In this document: piece by piece, positions 21,801-31,285 of the stretch
Position numbering within the stretch: the first letter of the stretch is position 1
How the letters are laid out: the number at the start of each line of letters is the position of its first letter
Assembly: GCA_963575745.1 (NCBI GenBank)
Contig: CAUYUJ010000037.1
Location: 186,001-250,000, forward strand
Direction: 5' to 3'
Origin: Prorocentrum cordatum
Lineage: Eukaryota
Length of the DNA: 64,000 nucleotides
Position numbers and translations under genes: made by a program
The notes under the pieces: generated by a model
What the model was told of the DNA's origin: nothing
Database searches by the model: none
What the model saw: only the letters and a program-made list of their open reading frames with translations

Positions 21801-22888
21801 TCACTCTGGGCCGAGTTGCCTAGTGGTATCGTGTCGTCTCGATCCTGGGTATCGATGCCGTCCTGGCTGTCCTCCGACGCGTGGAACGAGTCCATGGATG
21901 TGTTGCCGATGTCGCTGGCCGCGATGTGCTGAAGCAGCCATGATACAGGGTCATCTGCGGCCTGATCGGTGGCGTCCATCGGCGCCGCGGCGAGCTCCGC
22001 CTCGACGAGCGGCAGCATGTCTGGCGGTTGGTGCAGGATCACGTCGGCGAGGTACGCCATGGCGTCTTGGTCGGGTGGAGGGAGGCCTCTTGGCAGCAGA
22101 GCATGGGCCCGTGAGAGGTATGGCGGCAAAGGTGCCGTGAAAGCCTCAGGGCCGACGAGCGTGGCACGAGCGCCCTGGTATTCCAGAAGGAGGCCAAAGT
22201 AGCGGGTGGCGTACTCGCGGCTGCTCTGGATACGAGTGAGGTTGCGGTTGGTGCGCTGCCTGTCGGGGCCCGCTCTGTGCCAGATGTCCTCGCACATGTC
22301 GACCGCGGTGCGCTGACGCAGGGCGTCGGTTGTGTCCTCAGACTCCTCCTGAAAGAGGTGATCGTACTGTGGCAGATGGAGCGTCGCCAGGATGTACGGG
22401 ACGCAGTCCTCAAGCCATGCCCAGAACATGTCCTGGTTGTCCTCACCTGGTGCCCACGCCGCAGCACACGGTATGAGCCGGGCGCGGATCATCATCAGGT
22501 GCCAGAAAGCAGGGTCCTCCTCAGGTTCGCCCCTATCGCACAGGGGAGTGGTGAGACCCGTAGGGCGATAGCGGGGCACAACAGCGGGGCTGAAGCCGCC
22601 ACTGTGTGTCTGGCCAATGCCGCACGGACCCGCGGCAACGGTGCCGTTCACGATCGGGTCCAAAATGGTGCAGTGATCGTACTTGTAGATGCTGTCATCG
22701 TAGAGGTAGAAAAGGGTCCCACGTTCAGCGTGTCGCAGGAGAAACCTCACCTCCATGCTGGGGCGCACCGCCTGAAGACGGGTGTGCTCCAGCGAGCGAG
22801 GGGAGGGCCAGGCTGCAGGCAAGGCGCCACATGATGGCGAGGCCTGGCGGGCGGCGCGAGCGATGAGCCAAAAGCTGCGTGTCAGCAC
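15743..22888 (-). CDS. 2381-aa open frame: N-terminal extension of ORF2 with putative ART/PARP-like, SH3-like, Cys-rich and ubiquitin-like modules
   Basis: 7.1 kb without a stop; first ATG at 22756. It runs into the endonuclease start at ~15860, where an indel shifts the frame. Motifs: FWHGT...TYAS...AAWYA, several CxxC, and TVRTVCELIAERIHI...VLYW...LDYDMRLCD. Confidence 0.7.
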   Translation of the reverse strand: MLTRSFWLIARAARQASPSCGALPAAWPSPRSLEHTRLQAVRPSMEVRFLLRHAERGTLFYLYDDSIYKYDHCTILDPIVNGTVAAGPCGIGQTHSGGFSPAVVPRYRPTGLTTPLCDRGEPEEDPAFWHLMMIRARLIPCAAAWAPGEDNQDMFWAWLEDCVPYILATLHLPQYDHLFQEESEDTTDALRQRTAVDMCEDIWHRAGPDRQRTNRNLTRIQSSREYATRYFGLLLEYQGARATLVGPEAFTAPLPPYLSRAHALLPRGLPPPDQDAMAYLADVILHQPPDMLPLVEAELAAAPMDATDQAADDPVSWLLQHIAASDIGNTSMDSFHASEDSQDGIDTQDRDDTIPLGNSAQSDRDSEPYFGHTSLQSSPPHTSAQADPSARLNDAEGVTAADVPSHSTASPAHASLGSGGFSPAAPLARPGHPQTAVGSTTPFTSVHRDSVTDSNSSATDHGQADIDSDPIDDEYPDASGPHEPQHSAAASRHCGCLICLLVATYVIAIAMPYKDQIDGHLPTPSRDPSYRQRRRRQATAPGPSVSITPRRKTTYNVTSTLRATLKWTSVKLRDSVSGGATAIVGGLGGALKWASGKLGAIATGGVVRGLLLVGAKLLAQGAVGHVGARICARALDSSTAQWCLRCCQPSRRPRDEVTYKMPCTLADEHDDQHVHALRHPLLQEHYAAAVAAAVADVTTATTAAIVEVTAAVSRASSVTPRSTSPTPRDGSKSGATVGNLPTNEDATAHGSDTEARETRERTHDSPWSIFRHADARGPSPDADTQPPRRRARYASPDRPQAPSGPGMPYTALKPPTRNLRNTIQRDPAVPEPPKSILNALYQNGFALGNSGVSTEDIKDALRLHDHPRFTHDPTLQALGPWTDIMQRPPNRLTWVLEDSGGNSGETIFPYLTWDLRQPITDAPTVFWHGTRGDLAARLAASGGHLLPGPRREAKGRTGTNVGRTYASVHPSLAAWYAMPPHPPYSLEDDTLAWGPIALWMCEATQPPRGENRHNYVKGEAHGARLIYPRVLSLLIRMDWCAPTEAASRCRALPHAYGMGDCAHALHIAGYDHPDLREAAEAHDQEASTRRRPAIAAAWPPPQALYAPEAARAWAKQHYDTEAATRDDPNQPRPRVSLHILQLDPKPLIDLVYTGLQAVPVRGHPDARGSRPSGSSPGAASGPPRTYKSGTALAYSPDRSSTSPGVDERRTPSLISAAAALARGRARPRRSASRSSRQSDGNSTSDNSGIETWEHIVTEEEPTAYHVLAYHVRDVRSRVNAPGIEVWLDPGDHHDGAYLPWGTTVMGHRVTDPAVDGRDGWVILHHDHGDTTTKLWAPTQVHVKADDSWRTVMVPADMGPQWIRCHAEDARLPAEVVRTTGQSWFADVWPLWDRPRPHPDDPGTNEHALPPLPGRWSCLQCRFQCCQYCAARRNTQLGTSGQPTCPDCGRSGLRTLMDWSTDYSCNSWTCAYSTNNRDSDTCCLSSRCPHPPRPHNLLDVRATGMPPHILARQFGNAPALHDLKEPPRAPSGPGGEPPQPGQAGYQGQWYFPPQPRRVPRQGLPDGTRRPPGFTGTGMPEEPSPDQPLWREGFVLFSPHQALKEELTFNKTVRRPYSLAITNMYRDRVTVRTVCELIAERIHITRTRWRDVVLYWDAEGGPGPQALDYDMRLCDAMVSRATTEAELNHDRSNRGSFCLYGPAHQRAVNITAIAEPQNIDYMEHVRRYSPVGRTYPDHAFEHVYRGWQRPDVPTILPDTRPLSRADWQRHQQHQQRIQQRDQRDAGQHGTPRYRSPARVPTGGNTAYDGVAAYYRGPIGARPAAAGAAASSYGHAPHARVHPAVIGYPRAPVQALRATSPVPGSTRAWGLYSGRHDGTSSNQPAVITPAASAQGAATNRGRAGRPEGWRDANVRAWQPRQHTPPPNVAAALRPAQAKPAPPERERQPLTPLVLTHIQAHHSASPRHSEGSAHHVSPRPDAVDPDQATATAEGGTSASRQPSPSPCAAPIRSPSRADSERANAQATSPRDRHTGGRVPRSRTCSRHSSRKAPGSSTSSPPRETQADGRAPEVVPRFGASVIDPGQVDLSPTPSTDHEPPLPTRVIAPIDEAPTFDPFKNKYRVKNLVAGFGGGSPLSPQSRGGAPATSAAAAAAAPRGISPVRNVGLTAAGMDEAQRQASDRAAGAVPPDAAHQDTDGAGAPPQEGPAVSRAQYMRVRCAAAAPSRRRWFAFVFVLGRTDRGVASLSLCCRLTSPPLVPYGTGVRRNFRNIFTDIYEPPLAQCRPCPAYISGLTAASAPVKLIHRNAMAPTVAKPPTWARVKLTFTVRGVQTPAPPMETGQVAPYTSSALTSPVSQRIGQPSPPLCGPQRRSHSTAGDPTCQAD

Positions 22889-23093
22889 GCATCCTTAGAT
22901 ACCCTTGCATGCTCATGTACATTGCAACAAACACACCCACAGCAAGATGACAGGTGTCCCTACACCAGAAAGCTTGCTCGTGCTGCTGCCAAAACTGACA
23001 TGATATAACAAGAAGGAGATATGACGCGAAGTGAGAAGAGATGCCTCTGAAGGCGCTTCCTCGGAGGGCTGAGGCAGGCTCTCTGAGGCACCT

Positions 23094-25664
23094 TCAATAG
23101 GGTTCCTGAGTGGCCCGACCCTTGTCTTTGCCTTTGTCAGCCCCTGGGGGCCCCGTCCCTGGGGTGACCTGGCCTGGCTGGTCAATCCACCCGCAGACAG
23201 CCACGGGATCGGCAACTGATGCAGCTTCCTCCTTTTTGGTTTCGAGGGTGGCCACCTGTGGCAGGTGGATGGTGCCCCCCGTGAGGTGCCCGAGGAGGGC
23301 CTGGATGTCGCCACGCAGTGCAGCAGCTTCGGTAGTTGCCGTCTGTTGCTGAGTGACGACGGTGGCAAGCCCTCGTTCCAAACCTGAAACGTGCTCCGTG
23401 AGTGTGGCCTGGGATGAGAGAACGCCCGCAAGCTGGACCTGCATGTTATCCACCGTGTTGGCAAGCAGCTCGTGCTGTTGTTCCATGTGTTGGATGCGGG
23501 TCGTGGCGGCCTCTGACAGTTTAGGGGCCGTAGCGAAGCGTTCACCGAGGGTGTTCAGTTCGCGAGATGCCACGCTGAATTCGTCCCCTGATGAGAGGAT
23601 CTCAACGTCGTCATTGTCGCCTGGTGCCTCGGCGGCTGTGGCAACGTCCCCTTCCGTGTGGCCCCCGCCTTCAGCCGCCACCGTGCCTAGTTGCGGGTCA
23701 TGCCCACCTGGTCCTTGGACGGCCGTCTGCTCGGCAGCTCCATCCGTGCCGTGCGGGGGTGCAGAGGAGCTGCGGCCTGGGGCGCCGTGTGATCTTGCGT
23801 GCGGCGTGGCGTCGCGTTTCCCGCTGGAGGATCGGTGGCGCTTGGCTAGAGGCTCCTCCTTGGGGATCGGGAGCGGTGCGACGCCCTTGCCTTTGGGCGT
23901 GGCAGTCATGAGGTCGTGGAGGTAAGGGCTCTGGGCCGCTTTGGTTAGGAGTGTGCCCGTGGCGGGGCTGAAGCCGCCACCACGGGCTGGCGGCGTCACA
24001 GGCTCTGTGATAGTGGTAGGGGTGACAATGGTAACGTTGTCCCTCTTCGGCACCACCTCAGCCAACGGGGCCTCGGTGATGCTCCACGGGATGGGGCGCC
24101 CTGCGACCTGTACCGTATATGTGGGTGGGGGACGATGGGCGCGCACTAAGGCAAACTGGGCCGAAGTGGCTGGGTCCCAGGCGGTGTGGTAGACCTCACA
24201 GTCCCATTTGACGGACGGGCCCGTGAGAGTCTTAGCAAGCTGGGTCAGCGTGGCGTGGCGTGCCGCAATGCCAGTAATGCGGTATCGCGTCTTGGCGAGG
24301 GTGGCTTCACAGCCACGGATGCTGACGGCAGCAGCCTTGGCGGCGTCTGACCCTCGTGCAACACGGATCCCCAATAAGCCTGACTTGCCGTGCCTGACGA
24401 CTCCTAGGGCCTTGAAGTCCACCGACTTCTGGAACGCATCTGCCATCGTGATGGGCTGGTCCTCAGGGAACCACACGGTCTGGTACTTGTCTGCAGTGGG
24501 CTCGTCTGCACCTACGTTGCTGAGGTCGTAGGTGGCGCCGAGTTGCCCTGAACCCGCCAAGACCTTGTCAACCGCTTGAAGACTGACGCCGAAGGTGGCA
24601 GCCAGGGACCTCTTTCCGACGCCTGATCCGTACCTGCCTAGGCTTTTGCAGGGTTCGAGGATGGTGACGGCTTTAAAGTTGCCGTGGAAGAGGGCCTTGA
24701 AGGTGTCCTGGAGCTGACTATCGAGCTCCTGGCGGCGAGCGTCTTTCTTGGACTCCCTGTGCTTTTGGTTTTGGCGCGCCTTGTCCTGTGGAGCGGTGTC
24801 CCTTCGGAAAGGACCCTTGGCGCGTGGACCACCGTTCACGGGGGCACCTCCCGAGAACTGATCCTCGAAGGCCTGATGCATGGAGGGGACTGCGGCGATG
24901 GCTTCGGTTTCATGTATGGTCACCCGAATCCAGCATACGTGGTCGGCAGGATCGATGGTGGCGACGGCAACTTTTTCCGTGCAGGCGACTTCCTTGGTGC
25001 CCAGCTGGTACACGGTCACGGGGACGTGCGTGTGGACCACTTTGGGCGCCTTGGGGTGGCGCTTCAGCACGGGGACGGCGAGCTCGGTACCGACGTAGTT
25101 ATCGTTTTTTGGGCCCATGACAGCAATCGCAAGCTGACCCGTGGTACGCTTACCCTGCTCGAGATGGTGCTGCAGCAGCCGTTCACCGCTCTCGTAGTCG
25201 TGGAGGCTGATGCTGGGCTTGTACGTCTTGCCGTCATCGAGTGATGTGGGTTCGGCCAGGACTGGGACCTTCCAGAAGGCCGGGTCCAAGGCAATGAATT
25301 GGGCGTCCGCAGCCTGAAGACGTGCGGACGCAGCTGGTGGGTAGGGTGTGTCACCACCACTGCGCTTAGGCTTGCTGCGCTGGTGGTGATCCAGCGTGTA
25401 GCTGATCTGGTTGGCGGCACACATGCGGATCAAGGCGCTGCCTAGCTTCTTTGTGTTGGTCTTGTGCATGTCGTACGTGGCCTGCAGCTCGTCCGCGTTC
25501 AGCTCGGCGAGCCCGTTGTATGCGGCCGTGGGGCGGTCAGACCCCGCTTGCTTGAAAGCTGCAATGCAGTCCTGTTTGCGTTGGAGGAGAGACCCTTCAG
25601 CTGCAGGACGTGAGCTCGGCGGCTGCTTGGAAGAGCGACGGCGCTCCGGCTTGGCGGGGGCCAT
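23094..25664 (-). CDS. LINE ORF1 protein (856 aa from ATG at 25664), putative RNA-binding protein with C-terminal coiled coil
   Basis: Long intact ORF ~160 nt from the 5' end of the element. It has a globular middle part, a low-complexity linker and a heptad-like segment RIQHMEQQHELLANTVDNMQVQLAGVLSSQATLTEHVSGLERGL. The function is inferred from position. Confidence 0.75.
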   Translation of the reverse strand: MAPAKPERRRSSKQPPSSRPAAEGSLLQRKQDCIAAFKQAGSDRPTAAYNGLAELNADELQATYDMHKTNTKKLGSALIRMCAANQISYTLDHHQRSKPKRSGGDTPYPPAASARLQAADAQFIALDPAFWKVPVLAEPTSLDDGKTYKPSISLHDYESGERLLQHHLEQGKRTTGQLAIAVMGPKNDNYVGTELAVPVLKRHPKAPKVVHTHVPVTVYQLGTKEVACTEKVAVATIDPADHVCWIRVTIHETEAIAAVPSMHQAFEDQFSGGAPVNGGPRAKGPFRRDTAPQDKARQNQKHRESKKDARRQELDSQLQDTFKALFHGNFKAVTILEPCKSLGRYGSGVGKRSLAATFGVSLQAVDKVLAGSGQLGATYDLSNVGADEPTADKYQTVWFPEDQPITMADAFQKSVDFKALGVVRHGKSGLLGIRVARGSDAAKAAAVSIRGCEATLAKTRYRITGIAARHATLTQLAKTLTGPSVKWDCEVYHTAWDPATSAQFALVRAHRPPPTYTVQVAGRPIPWSITEAPLAEVVPKRDNVTIVTPTTITEPVTPPARGGGFSPATGTLLTKAAQSPYLHDLMTATPKGKGVAPLPIPKEEPLAKRHRSSSGKRDATPHARSHGAPGRSSSAPPHGTDGAAEQTAVQGPGGHDPQLGTVAAEGGGHTEGDVATAAEAPGDNDDVEILSSGDEFSVASRELNTLGERFATAPKLSEAATTRIQHMEQQHELLANTVDNMQVQLAGVLSSQATLTEHVSGLERGLATVVTQQQTATTEAAALRGDIQALLGHLTGGTIHLPQVATLETKKEEAASVADPVAVCGWIDQPGQVTPGTGPPGADKGKDKGRATQEPY

Positions 25665-25820
25665 TGCGGCGGGCACTCTGGTGGGGGGGATAGGAGGTGA
25701 CGCGAATCAGTAGGGTCCTGCTGGGACCCCTCCGGTCTCGCGAGGCCTGGGAGACTGACTCCGAGGCGGGGCGCTTCGCGTCGCGGCTGCGGTCTGAGTG
25801 CAGGGCACTCTCGAGCCGAG

Positions 25821-25823
<3 letters not shown>

Positions 25824-25859
<36 letters not shown>

Positions 25860-25905
25860 GAGAGAGAGAAGAGAAGAGAAGAGAAGAGAAGAGAAGAGAG
25901 AGAGC

Positions 25906-25940
<35 letters not shown>

Positions 25941-26170
25941 GGAGAGAGCAGAGAGAGAATAGAGAGAAGAGAGAGAGGAGAGAGAGAGAGAGAGAGAGAG
26001 CAGAGATAGAGGCAGAGAGAGAGAGGCACAGAGAGAGAGGCAGAGAGAGAGAGAGAGCAGAGAGAGAGAGGCAGAGAGAGAGAGAGAGAGAGGCAGGGAA
26101 AGAGAGGCAGAGACAGAGAGAGGGCAGAGAGAGAGAGAGAGACAGAGAGAGCAGAGAGAGAGAGAGAGAG
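25824..26170. repeat. (GA)n microsatellite with GAAGA/GGCA interruptions, 5' flank of the retrotransposon
   Basis: Directly visible. Confidence 0.95.
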
Positions 26171-26329
26171 GCAGCTCAGTCACACTTAAATCCAGATTCG
26201 TCCTCACCGAGTCCCACCACCAAGGGAGCGCCAGCAAGGAGATGCACATATGGGGATCCCCACGCAATGAATAATTTCTCTTGGCATCGTTTTTGGATGG
26301 GCTGGTGGGGTTGCTCTTTCGAGCGCTAG

Positions 26330-27100
26330 CGGACAGCCGCGCGGAGTCATAAGTCGAAAGAAAGCCAGGCCTACATGGTCTGGTGGGGTTACGCGAAGCG
26401 TTTCGGATCCATCAGCATCTGTATGGGGTGCGTCCCGTGCGAGGACAAATTAGCACATCGCCGACAATTGCGACCGGCAACTCGATGGGGGGACGACATT
26501 GTGAAGTCCACGAGCAAACCGCACTGGCTCAATATTTTTTCGGCTGATGAGTGGGCGAAACTCGAGGTTTGCTTCTGGTCTGCTGCCAGAAGTGAAGGTC
26601 TCGGTTGATTCCGCCATGCATCCCTACGATGAAGCTGCGCAAGGGCGGGGGGAGCGGCCTCGTGCAATTGTCAATGTGTAAGTCTATGTGGCTTCATCCG
26701 CATTTGCGGTGTTACCTAGTAGTGAACGGAGGCCTGCGAGTGAGACCTCCCTCCTCCACCCCTCTCCTCAGTGGCTCCTCCCCAAGGTTTTCCTGACCAG
26801 GTGATCTGGGATAGGCGCCTCGAGAGGTTCAGGTGTCACACTTGCTGGGCCTCTTGTGCGACAATGGCCGCACCAGCAAGGCTATGCCGTCCTGCTCCAC
26901 ATAGTCATGGCCACTCTTTAAGAATGGCGGATTCGTGCATATTCTGCCGCCTTTGCGCGGCATATAGTTGAATGTATCCAGCCTCTACTGGTTCTGTCAC
27001 GGCAAGGCTTCTTCCGATATCTCATGAAGGCGTTTGGGCCGTCTCATGGCTGGTTGTGGCCCATGGACAAGTGCAGTGGTCGGAACGGTGACGATCGCTA
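26330..27100 (+). pseudogene. Possible degraded 3' end of another LINE (Cys/His-rich C-terminus)
   Basis: RFRCHTC...HGHSLRMADSCIFCRLCAAYS resembles zinc-binding tails of non-LTR ORF2. Many stops are present. Confidence 0.3.
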
Positions 27101-27469
27101 TCTTGGATGTCATGATTCCTGCGGGGGCCCCTGAAGGCATCTACCCTGCGCTCCACATGCCGATTCCGTCTTGCTGTTCGTAGTCTCTTAGCCCGTGGTT
27201 GCCCTGCAGTTTCACCGGATGGGCAAAGACCCCTTGCCCAAGCTCAGCGTTGAGTCAGCGGCGGCGCGCTGTATGCGCCTCGCCGCTCCGGCTCCCGCGC
27301 GTTCGGCTGCTTCCACCATGGTCGTCGTCGGCGTAGTCGTTTGCGTTGCTGCGTTCGTTCGTCGGTCACCATCGTCGTGTCGTTTGTCAGCCTCGCCGTC
27401 GTCGTTCGTCGTCTTCGTCGTCGTCGTCATTGTCGTTGGCCTTTTTTCTTTTGCCTGACTTCGCGGGCA

Positions 27470-28300
27470 CGCACGAGGCCAACCTACAATCTTAGAGTCC
27501 ATGGCAATGGATCTACATTGCTTTATGGGGCGCTCCTGCCCTTTACCCGTCTAGCTCCCTGGCGTGGACTCTTGCGCGCGGGCTCTGTCTTTGTCCTGTT
27601 CTGTCTCTGTTCTGTCTCTGCATGCGCGGCACGCTCCCGCCCCGCGGAGCGGAGTGACACGCCATCGGCTTGCGGGGTAGAGCGTGTCGCCGTGGCCGCC
27701 GCTGCGACACGCTGAGCACAGGTTCCCGATCGTCGATGCTCTTGTGTAGGTTCCAGCGAGTGACCCTCGAGTTCCCCAACATCTGCATGGTTGTCCCATT
27801 CGCCTCAGAGGGCCTACCAGTATCCAGACTGCACGCGCGATCGAGTCCTCGGGCGTATCACGGCCTCGTCGGGCGGATGCCGCACGCGGAGCAGGTGGCA
27901 GCTCCGTCACGGCTCCCAGCCTTGGCACCGTGTCCCAATGCGATGGCGACGACAACGTGCCTTTCGGGCAGAGGAGTCCCAACGATCCCAGGGTTTGCTG
28001 GCCATTGCTCGCGCCCTTGGGCGACACGCTGGGCCCAGTTCGGCAAGCGCCTTTGTGGGTGGCACGGCCAGCCACGGTGGTGTTTCGAGCCCCCAGGCGA
28101 CAAACGCGATCCCAACGCGATTCCAACGCGATCGAGGATCACACGAGCGCCTTGTCTCCGGGTCGACGGGGGAGGCAATTGGGAAGGCGACATGTCTAAG
28201 TGGTGCGCATGCCCACTATCCCGGCGAGACGCACGATACGACGTTCGCGATTTGTCTCGGCTCCTCCAGGAGGGAGCCCGGTTGCCATCGACCCGCCTGC
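27470..28300 (-). pseudogene. Possible heavily degraded zinc-finger/RNase H fragment of a LINE
   Basis: TCSACG and PEDSIARAVW (in different frames), followed by MDSKIV, occur in the expected order. The match is weak. Confidence 0.25.
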
Positions 28301-28904
28301 ATTAGTCGTATTGTAGTCTTCTAGGGGTCTGTGGCATACCAGGCCTCGCTACGGACAGGGGCCCGAGTTCGTTTGGAGGGAGGCTGGTGGAACGCCTCGG
28401 GAAAGACAAGTTCCTACCTTCGTGCAGCTGCTCGGGTCCAGCGCAGTGTCAGAGACGCCTCTGCACTGCAAGCCGAGGGAAAGCTTGCAGCGGCGCAGGC
28501 TGAGGAGTTACCTCGCCAGTACTCGCGCAGTTTGACACATGCGCTCGGTTTACCGTTGCTAATCGTCTGGCTGTCGTGGCCCACGCGCATGCGCCAAACA
28601 TGGCGAGACGAATTTTGAGCCTCGCCGAGCGGCGCGACCAGCACGCCAGGCTCCAGAGCTCTTGTAAGTCAAGGGCTTGGCTCCAGCAAGGTGCGACGGC
28701 CACCTCAGTGATCGACGACGCCTGGCCCAGTCCAGCTCGACGTCAAGAAATGACGTGGGTGTTACAACATCTACGTCTGCGCGAAGCTTGGGGCTGTGGG
28801 ATGGCGGCTGTGTGCATGGCCACATTCTTCACGCTTCGCGTATCCCCACCAGCCCATCTCAAAACAGCAACTCTAGCGAAGCATGCCGACAGTCGTGTTT
28901 TTCA

Positions 28905-30078
<1,174 letters not shown>

Positions 30079-31069
30079 GAGGGCTCTATCTTCCCCCTCC
30101 CGTCGGGGCCAGAATCCTCGTGAGGGTCGTCGTTTTTTAGCCCTCCCAGGAGTCGAAATTGACCCCCCTGACGACCCGCCGGACCCCCTCTCCAGGCCCA
30201 GGGGGAGGGGGTAGGGGGAGGGGTAAACCCCTCCCCGAAGGGAAAGAAGGGGGGTTGAGGACAGAGCGGGCTCTCTAAACCACTCACGCCCAAAGGGCTG
30301 GTGGGACTTACCGACGACCCGCTACCAGAGCCCGCTCATGTGCTACGAAGACGATGTTGTCGAACATTATGAGCCTATAGGCCACCCTTGCGGTAATAGT
30401 TTTCTGGAAGGGATAGGGCCAGCCTTTGATTTGCTGTTTATTCCGTGCCACATTCGCAATACACGTACTCTCATCTAGCATGGTTGTCGTGCCCGATCTT
30501 GCAAGTCCGTCTGACATTTCCAATTTTCTCGGCTCTCTCAGCCCTTGCCCAACTTTTCCAACTGGCACACTTGTCACATCATTTAGCCCGCCGTGTATTG
30601 ACATCCGAGCTCCTCGGGCGTTTCTATGACTGATTCGTTTCATATGTGGCATCTCCTCGACATGCCCCACCCCCTCTTACCCACCCACGCATAGACCTTC
30701 TTAGCTTCTCTAGCTCTTCTGGACCTTTTGCATGTTGCATCTTACCTACCTGCCGCATCTCGTCATTATACCCAAACACTTCCATGTCTTCCAATGATCG
30801 CACCCTATGGCTCATGCGCTTCGTCTATATATGTTAGCTCTTCTATTGATGCTAGGTGTGCTATTTCGTTTGTATATTTTAGTTGGCCCGCGCCCGCTGG
30901 CTAGTTGAAACAGTCCGCTTCCCTCAACCTTGTCTAACATGCAACTTTTGCACATATATCCTCTCGTGCTACTCATTGTGCTACGTGCACGTGTCATTAC
31001 CATTATAACTAGTATTGCGCGTTTAGCTCTGCATGTAGCTGTCCCATTACCTTTCTAACAACCGGTCAA

Positions 31070-31285
31070 CTGGGACAACCACGGGATATTCATGGGACAA
31101 GCGCAGGACAAGCACAGGAGAACGACGGGACAAACACGCAGGACAATCCGCGGGACATTTGCATCACAGCCGCGAGGTGCCAAATGTACGCGAGAGCCAC
31201 GCGACCCATCGGGACAACCACAGGGCAACCGAAGGAAACCGCAGGACAGCCGCAGGACAACCGCAGGACATTCGCGGACAAAATA
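31070..31285. repeat. Degenerate ~11-bp GGACAACCGC repeats
   Basis: Repeated ggacaa(c/g)c(a/g)c motifs. Confidence 0.7.

Larger units (their letters stand above)
9764..25823 (-). mobile_element. Giant (~16 kb) non-LTR retrotransposon (LINE; APE-RT-CCHC-RNase H order, L1/Tx1-like), probably full length but decayed
   Basis: Minus-strand ORF1, then ORF2 fragments with EN (SLNITSL, LQET, RIDY, SH), RT (D..KCFD, LQG, FVDD), CxxC-x8-H-x4-C and RNase H motifs. (GA)n tracts lie on both sides and there are no LTRs. Confidence 0.9.

Noticed and set aside
21920..21945. Additional candidate LINE hairpins (TGC-TGAA-GCA here; also ~23043 and ~24694)
   Set aside because: Outer stem or loop size does not fit the consensus, so they were not counted.
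10405..25713. Numerous plus-strand ORFs overlapping the retrotransposon
   Set aside because: Antisense shadows of GC-rich minus-strand coding sequence.
30308..31003. Possible degraded LTR-retrotransposon coding remnant on the minus strand (also 61750-62490)
   Set aside because: Composition looks once-coding, but I could not identify a diagnostic motif.
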